Below are positions 11,185 through 21,613 of a DNA stretch of 64,000 bases, one piece after another. The translations under genes and the position numbers were made by a program. The notes under the pieces are model-generated. The model was not told the DNA's origin and ran no database searches. It saw nothing but the letters and a program-made list of their open reading frames with translations. The stretch comes from an uncultured Acidobacteriaceae bacterium (GTDB lineage: Bacteria > Acidobacteriota > Terriglobia > Terriglobales > Acidobacteriaceae), in NCBI GenBank assembly GCA_963839225.1, contig CAWIVA010000034.1, forward strand, positions 5,485-69,484, written 5' to 3'. Positions within the stretch are counted from its first letter, which is position 1, and every line of letters begins with the position of its first letter.

Positions 11185-13374
11185 CTACCGTACCGCTATG
11201 ATCTCCACGTCGCCAGTCCTGTTCAGGATGTCCACGCCAACAGTCCCCGAGTAGCGCTGAAGTGATAGATCAACACTCGCGCTCCCTACTCGCAAATTGC
11301 GAATGAAGATTTGCTTCAGATTTTCCGGCAGTGCGGAGTGATGGAAATACACACGCGATTCCAGCGCACGGACTTCAACTCCAAGGCAGGCTTGAAGAAC
11401 CAGAAACACCGCTCCCGCCGCCCATGCCTGCGGCGCGCAAGCCACCGGATAAAGCGTGGGCCCCTTTCCCGGCCGGCGGGCAAACCCGCAGATCAGCTCC
11501 GGCAATTGATGGAGATTTGTTTGTGTCGACAGGTCGAGGAGTCCGGACAAAATCCGCAGCGGGAGCGCCTTATTCGCGGAGTAAAGAGACCCATAGGCGA
11601 TCATGGCGTTGTCGTGCGGCCACACGGAACCGTTGTGATAAGACATCGGGTTATAGCGTCTTTCGCTGGTCACGATGGTACGAATTCCCCATCCGGAAAA
11701 GAATTCAGGCAAGAGCATCGCGTCGCACACGCTGCGGCTTTGCGCTTCCGATGCAATACCTGAAAAAAGACATTGCCCCGCATTCGAGCTGCGAACCCGG
11801 CACTGCCGCTTCTCTCCGTCAAGCGCCAACGCAAACATTGAAAGCTCGTCTGACCAGAACATTTTCATGAAGTTCGTTCGCAGTTCTTCCGCCTGCGTGC
11901 TCAGCCGCCCGGCCAGTTCCAAGTGGCCAAGCCGGCTGGCCACCTCCGCCAATCCCCGCTTGGCAGCATAAACGTACGACTGCACTTCGCACAGCGCTAT
12001 TGGCCCCACAGCCAGTTTGCCGTCGCTATAGAAAATCGAGTCGGCGGAATCTTTCCATCCCTGCTGCACCAGTCCGCTTTCTGTCTGGCGAGCGTACTCC
12101 ACAAATCCGTCCCCATCTCGGTCCCCGTAACGGTCGATCCACTCCAGCGCTGCCATGAGATTGGGCCACAGCAAACGCAAAAGCTCCATGTCCCCGGTGC
12201 GCTCGAAGTAGGCAGCGGCCAACATGATGAACAGCGGCGTGGCGTCCACCGACCCGTAGTAACGGCCAAATGGCACCTCGCGCAGTTCTGCCATTTCGCC
12301 CTTTCGCGTCTCGTGCAAAATCTTGCCCGGTTCCGCATCGCGCTCAGCGTCGTGGGTGGTCGCCTGAGTGGCGGCCAGATAGGCCAGCACTCCTTTGGCG
12401 ATCACCGGAGTCAGCCAAAGCAGCTCCAGCGCCGTGATAATTCCATCACGTCCAAATACCGTGCTGAACCAGGGCACTCCCGCGTATGGGTACAATCCGT
12501 ATGGCGTGGGATTTGTCATCATGGCCAAATCCGAACGCGAGCGTCGAACCCAGTCATTGAATTCCTCATTCGACGACTGGATATCCACTTCTGCAAGCGG
12601 TCCCGTGCTGAATTCATGGTTTATCAATTGCAGCGCGTCGCCATAAGCGCCCATGTGCAGTTGCCCCACTTCCCCTTCGTGCCCGCATGTGACGTTCAGC
12701 GTGAAGCTGATTTCGGCCTGCGGCTCCAGATGCATCAGCACTGAGATTTCATTTTGCCGGGTGGTGCATGGAGTAAGAGAGCTCTCTAGTCGCGTACTGC
12801 GCCGTATGTGGTCGAGACCCTCGTAAATTAGCGTCACGGCGTCGCTCTCCACCTGAGGCAGAAGAATTTCGCCTCGCCGTTTGCGCTTTTCGCCGCGCAC
12901 TTCAAAAATGTCTGCAAAGTCCGCGTCAAAATCGAACGACAGACTCAGATCAACCGCAGTCTCGGCGTAGTTGTGCACCGTGATCCGGTCATAGCAAACC
13001 ACATCCGTCAAAAACTTAGTCCGGTAAATGTGCAACGTTCCCTGCGGCACCGTCAAACCGGAATCGAGCATCAGTTCCGAGTTAGTGAGATCGGCGGCAA
13101 ACAGCACATTGTCTTCGCGAATGATGGAACTCAGCAAGAGAGGTCTTACGCCAAAAACTCGCATCTCTAAGCGCGAGAGATGACGCGTTTCCATGTGAAA
13201 AATTCCTTGCTGACCAAAACCGACTGGCTGGATATCTCCGTTCCGGTCGAATACCGCGAAGGTATCTCCGTGCATCAGCACGCGAGTCCGGTCATCGGCC
13301 AACGAGGAGGAAGCGCGGATGTAAAACTGCTGCCCAACTGCAATAACGTCCCCATCGTGCTTTGGCAAAGGCAC
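11185..13374 (-). CDS. amylo-alpha-1,6-glucosidase (glycogen-debranching-enzyme family)
   Basis: AGVPWFSTVFGRD, EPGKILHE, QGWKDS and YHNGSVWPHDN. Confidence 0.9.
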   Translation of the reverse strand: MPLPKHDGDVIAVGQQFYIRASSSLADDRTRVLMHGDTFAVFDRNGDIQPVGFGQQGIFHMETRHLSRLEMRVFGVRPLLLSSIIREDNVLFAADLTNSELMLDSGLTVPQGTLHIYRTKFLTDVVCYDRITVHNYAETAVDLSLSFDFDADFADIFEVRGEKRKRRGEILLPQVESDAVTLIYEGLDHIRRSTRLESSLTPCTTRQNEISVLMHLEPQAEISFTLNVTCGHEGEVGQLHMGAYGDALQLINHEFSTGPLAEVDIQSSNEEFNDWVRRSRSDLAMMTNPTPYGLYPYAGVPWFSTVFGRDGIITALELLWLTPVIAKGVLAYLAATQATTHDAERDAEPGKILHETRKGEMAELREVPFGRYYGSVDATPLFIMLAAAYFERTGDMELLRLLWPNLMAALEWIDRYGDRDGDGFVEYARQTESGLVQQGWKDSADSIFYSDGKLAVGPIALCEVQSYVYAAKRGLAEVASRLGHLELAGRLSTQAEELRTNFMKMFWSDELSMFALALDGEKRQCRVRSSNAGQCLFSGIASEAQSRSVCDAMLLPEFFSGWGIRTIVTSERRYNPMSYHNGSVWPHDNAMIAYGSLYSANKALPLRILSGLLDLSTQTNLHQLPELICGFARRPGKGPTLYPVACAPQAWAAGAVFLVLQACLGVEVRALESRVYFHHSALPENLKQIFIRNLRVGSASVDLSLQRYSGTVGVDILNRTGDVEIIAVR

Positions 13375-13394
13375 CTGTGAACACTCCTTCTGGT

Positions 13395-14468
13395 CTAAGA
13401 CTGGGGCAAAAGCATCCGCTCTTCTCTGGCAGCCTGTCCGCGTTTTCGAATTACCCGCTCGTACTCGCGCACATAGTTATGACACACGCGCCGAACACTG
13501 AAGCGCTGCTCGAACACCGCACGGCAGCGGCGTCGATCAATGAGCGGAATTCGCACCGCGGCCTCCACAGCTTCCTCAATGCTATCCACAATGAATCCCG
13601 TAACCTGGTCTTCCAGAATCTCCGCAACCGAGCCGCCCCGGAACGCAATTACAGGGGTCCCGCAGGCCAGGGCCTCAATCATCACCAGTCCAAAAGGCGC
13701 CGGCCAGTCAATGGGAAACAGCAGCGCCCGGGCGTTGCCCAGGAAATCTGCCTTCTCGTGCTCTCCGATTTCGCCAATATATTCCACCTGGGGGTGGGCC
13801 AGCAAACCCCGAATTTGTTCGTCAAAATAGGCCTGGTCGGCAGGGTCCACCTTAGCCGCGATGCGTAGCGGCATCCCCACGCGTTTTGCGATTTCGATGG
13901 CGCGATCGACCCGCTTCTCAGGCGAAATACGTCCAAGAAACGCCAGGTACTTGCCCGCCTGCTCGTTTGGCGCATAAAGGTTCTCAGGCAATCCATGATG
14001 CACCGTGGCCAGCCAATTCGCCCACGGCATCGGCGACCGCTGAGAGTTTGAAATGGAAATAAGATTCATCTCGTCAAATTCGCGAAATAATGGAACAAGA
14101 TCGGGGATATCCAGCCGGCCATGCAGCGTAGTCACTGCCGCAATACCATAAGACCGAATCACGGAAAAAGGAAGGTAATCAAGATGGAAATGCACCACGT
14201 CAAACTCGTTTGCCTGCTGCGCGACTTTTTCGATTAGATGCAGATGATGCGCCAGCGGGGCCACCAACGTTCCCCCCTGCAGCCGCAGTGAAGGCTTACC
14301 CGTCGATTGCAGCCGGGCTGAAGTGCACGAGTCGGCGCTGGCAAACAGCGTTACTTCGTGTCCCTGGCGCACCAATTCCTCGGTAAGATATGAAACCACC
14401 CTCTCCGTTCCGCCATACAGCTGCGGAGGCACTCTTTCATATAAAGGCGCGACCTGCGCGATTCTCAT
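13395..14468 (-). CDS. glycosyltransferase family 4
   Basis: Starts MRIAQVAPL...YGGTERVV; FLGRISPEK and PFGLVMIEALACGTPV; the longer ORF-track start is unlikely. Confidence 0.9.
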   Translation of the reverse strand: MRIAQVAPLYERVPPQLYGGTERVVSYLTEELVRQGHEVTLFASADSCTSARLQSTGKPSLRLQGGTLVAPLAHHLHLIEKVAQQANEFDVVHFHLDYLPFSVIRSYGIAAVTTLHGRLDIPDLVPLFREFDEMNLISISNSQRSPMPWANWLATVHHGLPENLYAPNEQAGKYLAFLGRISPEKRVDRAIEIAKRVGMPLRIAAKVDPADQAYFDEQIRGLLAHPQVEYIGEIGEHEKADFLGNARALLFPIDWPAPFGLVMIEALACGTPVIAFRGGSVAEILEDQVTGFIVDSIEEAVEAAVRIPLIDRRRCRAVFEQRFSVRRVCHNYVREYERVIRKRGQAAREERMLLPQS

Positions 14469-14847
14469 CCGTAATTTACTCCTGGACTCTTGTGGCTTCC
14501 GCGGCACCCTTGAACGTCGCCCCTGATTGGATGCGTTGGGACACTCGCGGGTCTCCAGGCAGGTTTTGGGCCGAGAACGCTTTGGGAAATGCAGGCAACT
14601 ATCCCAGCTTTGGCGCCCTCCGAAACTGACCTTATGCTCTTCTAAGCCGGAAGATCGATGCGAGGCATTCCGCTCGCGCGCAGGAAAGAAAATGAATCCC
14701 TGTACCAAAAGCGCCTTGACGCCGGCTTCTGACTGACTGAGGAGTATCGCCCGGTTATCCACCAAACCGTGCGCCTCTATTGCCACGAGATGAAAATGGC
14801 CTCCCTCTAAGGGAAGCCATCAAAGCGCAAATCGCCCATGTTTATGC

Positions 14848-14934
14848 TGGTGCCCAGAGGGGGACTTGAACCCCCACGGCCTTGCGGTCTGCGGATTTTA
14901 AGTCCGCTGCGTCTGCCAATTTCGCCATCCGGGC
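14848..14934 (-). tRNA. tRNA-Leu(TAA)
   Basis: GCCCGGATGGCGAAATTGGCAGACG...GGAC-TTAAAA-TCC, long variable arm, GTTCAAGTCC and encoded CCA. Confidence 0.97.
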
Positions 14935-15098
14935 TTTGGAAGCACTGCCTCCTCATTATGGTAATTGAAGCAGCGGCCCGGCTTCCCGCAATCCCCTGCC
15001 GTCTTGACTGTCGGAAAGATAGCAACGGCGTTCGCCGATACTTGCTCGCACAATCGGCGTTCCTTGCCCACTCGCTAAAGACTCTTGTTGAAGCGTCC

Positions 15099-15362
15099 TT
15101 ATTGAGCCTTGCGGAAGCAGATATCCTCGCCATCCAGCCGGTACTCGGCTGAACAAACATCGCCGCCGCAGATCATCGTCTCTCCGCCGCACAATTGCCG
15201 GCGCGTAATCAGTCCCAATGTCCCGCAGCGGGGACAGGACATTACGGCGACAAACGGGTTTTGCGCCTGGCCCAGCTTCTCCTGGTTCTCCAGCACAAAA
15301 ACCGTTCCTGGGTCCATTTTTTCGGGAATCCATTCTTCAAGAAACTGCAAGTCGGCTGACAT
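15099..15362 (-). CDS. small Cys-rich hypothetical protein, possible zinc ribbon
   Basis: MSADLQFLEE...CPRC...CGGDVC; SD GGAGGG upstream. Confidence 0.7.
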   Translation of the reverse strand: MSADLQFLEEWIPEKMDPGTVFVLENQEKLGQAQNPFVAVMSCPRCGTLGLITRRQLCGGETMICGGDVCSAEYRLDGEDICFRKAQ

Positions 15363-15551
15363 CGTGCCCTCCAATGGGTTGATGTAACCGAGCCGAGTCC
15401 GTTTTTCCCGGCCGGCTCCGTTGAACGAACAACAGCAGGCTGCGAATGGCATACACGGAGGCTTTGATTCCTCCGGTCAAGATTTATTGTTCTTCATGTT
15501 CCGGGCTGCAGCCCGTCGATGTCAACCGGAATCGGACGTGGGGAGTATCGA

Positions 15552-15584
15552 GAGGGATTCCCCGTCCCGCCCAGGGAATCCTTC
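15552..15584. terminator. hairpin just downstream of the lytic transglycosylase
   Basis: GAGGGATTCCC / GGGAATCCTTC inverted repeat; no clear U-tract. Confidence 0.5.
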
Positions 15585-15587
15585 CCC

Positions 15588-17962
15588 TTATCTGGATGCC
15601 GCCGCCGCCCTGGCCTGCGGACCGGCATAGGCATCGATCGCTTTGTAGGTCTCCTCGTTGCGAAGGATCGCCTGGACATATTCGCGGGTCTCGGTGAATG
15701 GAATAGACTCCACAAACTCGTCGATGCCGCTGATAGGGCCCGGCGGCCTGCCAGTCGACAACGCGATCGTCGCCGGCGTTGTAGGCTGCCAGGGCATACT
15801 CCGCGACGCCGCCGAATTTGTCCATGGTCTTGCGCAGGTAGCGGGTTCCCAGGCGGATATTGGTCTCCGGGTCGAGCAGTTGATAGGTCTCGAAGTGGCT
15901 GATTCCCTCTTCGCGCGCCATCGCTTTGCCCGCCGAGGGCAGCAGTTGCATCAGGCCGTAGGCATTGGCCTTGGAGATGGCCGAGGGATTGAACTCCGAC
16001 TCCTGGCGGATCAGCGAGGCCACCAGGTACGGATCAAGATTATTCTTAGCCGACTCGGCCTTGATCGTCTCCCACCACGGCTCCGGGAAAAAGATCTGCC
16101 AGTAGGCCAGCGGAATGGACTTGATGGAGCGCCGTGGCCGCGTAGGGCAGCGCCCGCTTCAGCGCACGCATGGCGCGGAAGTCTCGCCATAGGATGCATA
16201 GATCTGCGCCTCGGCCAGCGCGCTCCACGAAGAAGCATCGGGGTCGGCGGCAATCTCCTGGGCAATGTAGTCGTTCAAGCCCGCATTGGCCAGCAGGCGC
16301 GCCTTGGCCAGGTGCGGGCTGTCGGCGGGAAAGCTCTCTTCGAGCTGCGGCACCGGAGGGGCCTGAATGCGGTCCAGTTGCGGCTCGCGCGACGGCGCCT
16401 CATTGCAGCGACTCGCCCAGCGCAGCCAGCCGCTGCCGCGCCATCTGGGCATAAAAGAAGTGCTGGTATGCGCGAATGATGGTGCGATAGTTGGCCGCGG
16501 CCTGGGCGGGGTTGTGGTCCTGCAGTTCATAAAGGCGCCCGCGCCAATAAATGGCGGCGACAGTCTCCGTGGCGCTGGGATAAAGCCGTATCTGCTCGTC
16601 AAAGAGGCGCTCCGCATCGGCATAGAGCCCCTGCCGGTAACTGAGCCAGCCGGCGCGCCAGTGCGCCGCCGCTGCGTTTTTGCTGGTCGGGAAGTGAGTG
16701 GCCAGGTAGCTGTAGTACTCGCACCGCCGTGGCATACTCGCGCCGCAGCAGATACATATTGCCGCTGGAGTAGAGCGCCTCGGCCAGCCACGGGCTCTGA
16801 GGAAACCGTGACTCCATCTCGGCGACGATGCGCTTCTGCTCGTCCAGATCGTTCCGGTTGCGGGCCAGTTCCATCAGCAGGTCGAGCCGCCGCGCGCCAT
16901 TTTCGTCCTGCGTATCGGGCAGAGCCTCGGCCTCGGCCGTGGTCAGGCGTTTCAGCTTCAGATCGCAGGCTGCCGCGGCCACGGCAAAACCATTGCGGCT
17001 CTGCGCATCGAGACGCGGACTCGCGGGCCAGTGCGCGATATTGCTCTGCGGCCTCCGCATAGCGCCCGCCGTTATAGTAGGCATCGCCCAGACTGCGCAA
17101 CTCGGCCGTCGTCAGGCTGGTCTCGGCGCCCATCGCCGTCAGCTTGGCGCGCGCAGTCTCCGCTTCCGCGCTCAGCGGGTGTCCCAGCAACAGCCGCTTG
17201 AATATCTGCTCTGCCTGCTGCGTCTGCCCCAGCGCGAATGCCACCTGCCCCTGCGCAAGCTGGAAGCCGGGGCGGTTCGCGGCTGCCGTTCCGGCCGCCT
17301 GAGCCAGCACTTGCTGCGCGCTCGCCGTCATTGCCCATGGCCAGCAGCACGTTGGCCTCCAGTTCCGGCGCCTGGGCATTGAAGATGCTGTCTGGATAGC
17401 GGCTCGTGAAATCCGCGCAGCAGGGCCTCGGCGGCGGAGTCGTTGCCCGCCTCGTGATTGGCTTGTGCACCCAAAAAATCCGCGTAGTCGGCCAGCACGT
17501 CGCCAGCCTGGCGGGCCTGCCGGAAGTTGGCCGCCGCATCGGCGTAGCGCTTGTCCAGCAGGTAGGCGTGGCCCAGCGCCAGATAAGCCGCCGCGGCTGC
17601 CTCGCCGCTGTGCTCGTGCGCATACCTGGTTACTCCCGCATAGGCCGCCGGTGTGCGCAGCGTGGCCAGTTGCTGGGCCATCGGCCGCAGCTCGGTTGAA
17701 GCCACAAAGGCCAGTTTGATGCGTGCGGTCCGCGCCGCTCGCCTCTTCCGGCTCGGCCGCTCGTGTTGCGCCTTGGTCCTGACTTTGAGCCGCCTGTTTT
17801 CGTCTTGTGCGTCGACCTGAAGGCGACTTGCGAGCTCTTGGCCGGCGCAGTTGTGCCCGAAGTTTGCCCCGTTGCCGGCGCAGCAACCATCAGCACAGAC
17901 AACAGCCGGCCAGGAATTGCTGCGCAGATGCGATTGGAAGTAGGGGAATGCACGACCCTCAT
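15588..17962 (-). CDS. Slt-type lytic transglycosylase with TPR-like repeats, multiply frameshifted
   Basis: IRQESEF, AYGLMQL, ALAAYNAG and ESIPFTETREYV spread over several frames; N-terminal signal-like segment. Confidence 0.85.
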
Positions 17963-18178
17963 ATCTTCTACTCTATGCTGCTTTGCGGCCGCCGTGGCCG
18001 CCGGGAACCAGCGCTGTTACGAATGGGCTTCCCGAACAATGGGATCATTCACCCGTGCCAACGATGTCCAGGCCCGGTTTGGTCCCCGGCACCTGCCGTC
18101 CGTTACACTCATCTTCTAGGAGTCCTGCCGGCGCATGCCGCACCGGCCTGCCCAAACGATTTCCCGCAACCAACCCCC

Positions 18179-18833
18179 ATGTCCACCATCCAACCAATTG
18201 CAGGAGAACTCGAGCCGCATCCCGACGTCGCCCTGGTCGCACAGGGTGCGCGGCGGTGATGTTTCGGCCTACGATACGCTGGTCCGCAAGTATGACCGGC
18301 AGATCTTCCGGATTGCGCAGCACATCACGCAAAACCGCGAAGATGCCGAAGACGTGATGCAGGACGCGTTTCTCAAGGCGTACGAGAAGCTCGATCAGTT
18401 TCAGGGGAATTCGAAGTTTTACACATGGTTGGTGCGAATTGCAGTCAACGAAAGCCTGATGCGGCTGCGCAAGCGGCGCACCGGCAAAATGGTCTCGATC
18501 GACGAGGAGATCGAGACCGAGGAAGGCAGCGTTCCCCGCGACCTGGCCGACTGGGCGCCCGACCCGGAGCAGAACTACAACCAGGCCGAACTGGCCGAGA
18601 TTCTGCGCAAGACCATCCAGGGATTGCCGCAGGGCTTTCGCATCGTCTTTGTCCTGCGCGACGTGGAAGGTCTTTCCACCGAGGAGACGGCGGAAACACT
18701 GGGCTTGAGCATTCCCGCCGTCAAGTCGCGCCTGTTGCGCGCCCGGCTGCAACTGCGCGAGCGCCTGAGCCGTTACTTCCCAGAAAAAAGGGACCGGCGA
18801 TACGAGGCTGGAGAAGCGAGGGATGAAAAGTGA
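18179..18833 (+). CDS. ECF RNA polymerase sigma factor, frameshift near the 5' end
   Basis: DAEDVMQDAFLKAY, FYTWLVRIAVN, VLRDVEGLS and AVKSRLLRAR; MSTIQPI start lies in another frame. Confidence 0.92.
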
Positions 18834-19066
18834 CCTGCACTGAGTTTCTCGCCCTGCTCGACGACCTGATCGACGACTCGCGTGACCCCCGAGATGCGCG
18901 CCGAATGCAAGAGCACCTGCGCAGCTGCGGACACTGCGAAGTCATCTCTCAACACCACCCGCAAGACCATCGAAATCTACCGCTCCCACGAGATTTACGA
19001 CCTGCCCGCCGGCCTCCGCGACGCCTCCACGCCGCCATCATGGCCCGCTGTAAAAAAGGCTGCTGA
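18830..19066 (+). CDS. soluble zinc-binding anti-sigma factor (ZAS / zf-HC2), frameshifted
   Basis: GTGA overlap with the sigma gene; HLRSCGHC (HxxxCxxC); no TM helix; ends CKKGC. Confidence 0.85.
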   Translation: MTCTEFLALLDDLIDDSRDPRDARRMQEHLRSCGHCEVISQHHPQDHRNLPLPRDLRPARRPPRRLHAAIMARCKKGC

Positions 19067-19189
19067 AGCCGCCTGAATACTGTATCAACCGCGAGCGACC
19101 GGATCCCTTGACATGAGGCAAGAGGGATCGAGTCTCGTTTCGTTTTACCACAAAGTCATTCCCTGCGCATTATGCCCCTACAGTCCACC

Positions 19190-19216
19190 GCAACTTTCCC
19201 CATCAAATTGGAGTCT
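19190..19216 (+). promoter_or_regulatory. putative ECF sigma promoter of the DUF1800/DUF1501 operon
   Basis: GCAACTT-N16-GTCT, close to the sigmaE-type GAACTT-N16-GTCT pattern. Confidence 0.5.
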
Positions 19217-19278
19217 GTACCAACAGCAGGTCCGCGCCGCGCGTACGATCCCCGGCCTTCCTTTACAGGAGCGTCTCC

Positions 19279-21495
19279 ATGGACGCTGCAAGGCAACTCT
19301 GGCCGTACTGGTTTGCCTCAGCCTTTCGCTCCCCGCTTCGCCGGGCTTTGCCCTAGACAGCCGCGTCACGCCAGACCAGCCGCCGGCAAATCCAGTGCCA
19401 GCGCCCGCAGTACGACCGACCAATTGCAAGGCGACCAGCGATCCTGCACGCCCTCAACCGCTTCACCTTCGGTCCACGGCCCGGCGATCTGGAAGCCGTC
19501 CGCGCGATGGGCCTGGAAAAATGGTTCGACCAGCAGTTGCACCCCGACGCCCTCGACCAGACCGATCTCGACGCCCGCCTGGCTCAGTTCCCTGCCATGC
19601 ATGGCAACGCCCAGGACCTGCTCTTCCGCCTGCCCAGCAACGCCGTCATCCGCCAGGTAATCGACGGCAAGAGCGCCCATTCCCGGAAGCCGGCACTCTG
19701 CGCGCCATCTATGAAAACGAGATCTGCCCGCGTCGAGTTCCGAAGGCAGGAAAGCAGAAGCAGAAGAACAGGCAGCAAGCTTCCGCCGCAGCCACTGGCT
19801 GAGCGCACAGCCGGCGATCTCCCGGCAAACCGGATGCCATAAACAGCCCAGCGACCGACGGCGACAGGCGCCGGCATAGATGGCCTCGGAATCACCGCAG
19901 GCCCGAAGCCGCAATCCGACCAGATGAACATGAGCGCCGCGGACCAGACCGAAGCAACCGCGCCTTTGACCCAGTCCCTGATCGCGGACATTCTCGCTCT
20001 CCCGCCGCAGCAGCGCGTCACCCGTCTGGCCGCCATGCGCAGCCGGAGTTCGACAGCTTCCGCAAGGCCCTCAAGGCCTGCAGCGCATTGCTCTCGATCG
20101 CCGGCCTGAACCCCGTCCAGAAGGGAGTCTGTCGCCGCGCTTGAAAACCCCCAGCGACTTGTTGTCGATGAACTGGCATGCCCAGCGCCTCACCCGCGAC
20201 ATCTACTCCAATGCCCAGCTTCAGGAAGTGATGACCGACTTCTGGCTCAACCACTTCAACGTCTATCTCCACAAGAATGAGGCAGACCCCCTACTACCTG
20301 GTCAGCTATGAGCGGGACGTGATTCGCCCCCTCGCCCTGGGCAAGTTCGAAGACCTGCTTGAAGCCACGGCGCACAGCCCTGCCATGCTTGCTCTATCTC
20401 GACAACGCCAGCAGCATGGGCCCCGATTCGCTGCCGCCGAGAAAGAGCAAGAGAGGCGCGCGCCGCAACCCCGACGCAAGAAGAAAGCCCCTGAAGGCCT
20501 GAACGAAAACTACGCCCGCGAACTGATGGAGCTGCACACCCTGGGCGTCAACGGCGGCTACACCCAGGCCGACGTAACCCAGGTGGCGCGCATCCTCACC
20601 GGCTGGACCGTCGATCGCCCGCAGCGCGGCGGCGGATTCAAATTCGACGAAAACCGCCACGAGCCCGGCACCAAAAAAGTCCTCGGCAAAAAGATCAAGG
20701 AACACGGCGAACTGGAAGGCCGCGAACTGCTGCATATGCTTGCCACCCGTCCTGCCACAGCCCAATTCATCTCCCGCAAACTGGCCGTCCGCTTCGTCAG
20801 CGAGACCCGCCGCAGACGCCTGGTCGATCGCATGGCCAAGTCCTACATGTCCAGCGGCGGCGACATCTCCGTCGGTGCTCAAAACGCTCTTCCATTCCCC
20901 GGAGTTCTGGGCAGACAGCGCTTACCGTGCCAAGGTCAAAACTCCCATCGAGTACATCGTCTCCGCCGCGCGCGCCAGCAACGCGCAGCCTCGACAACAT
21001 GCAGCCGCTGGTCAACGCCCTGCGCGACATGGGCATGCCGCTCTATGGCGCCGTTCCTCCCACCGGCTACAAGTGGACTCGGCTACCTGGGTGAACACCG
21101 GCGCGCTGGTCAACCGCATGAACTTTGCGCCCTCCCTGGCCGCCAACAAGCTTCCCGGCGTAACCGTAAGCTGGGCCCCGCCCGCTGAATCACGACCGCC
21201 AACTCGATAGCGCTCCGGCACCGAGCGCGTTCACCATCCGGTTCCGGCCCCATGCCCCTCCGGCATGTCGAAGAACAGCGACTGCGAGTCGCTGCTCGTT
21301 GCCGGCGGAGTGAGCGAGACCACCCGCCGGCCGTCTTAAAACAATTCGACGTGCAACGAACCGGGAACACAACCCAGAAGGCCGGTTACGAGAGCAGCCA
21401 CGTCAAACACCCCGGCTCAAGCGTCCGCCGCACTTGAAAAACAAGATCAACTGCTGGCCGGTCTATTGTTCGGCTCTCCGAGTTCACGCCGATGA
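19279..21495 (+). CDS. DUF1800 family protein, multiply frameshifted
   Basis: LNRFTFGP, MTDFWLNHFNV, LNENYARELMELHTLG and KVKTPIEY; SD AGGAG. Confidence 0.85.
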
Positions 21496-21567
21496 TTGTG
21501 AAACCACGCGTCATTTAAACAAGCACGCTTGACGGGTTTGTAACCACCGCACTAAGCTGAAAAGGCG

Positions 21568-21587
21568 CGGGGCTTTAGCCCCCGAGG
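21568..21587. repeat. REP-like palindrome remnant
   Basis: CGGGGCTTTAGCCCC hairpin between DUF1800 and DUF1501. Confidence 0.4.
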
Positions 21588-21613
21588 AATGCAACAAAGG
21601 AAACCGAGGTACC

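Noticed and set aside
11177-11185. CTGGTGCCC matching the tRNA-Leu 3' end as a possible attR
   Set aside because: Only 9 bp in GC-rich DNA and no integrase; compatible with chance
14469-14786. N-terminal extension of the GT4 in the ORF track
   Set aside because: The family start MRIAQVAPL has an AGGAG SD; the extension is not protein-like
18004-18030. Autoregulatory ECF promoter (GGAACC) upstream of the sigma gene
   Set aside because: No matching -10 element at 16-17 nt spacing
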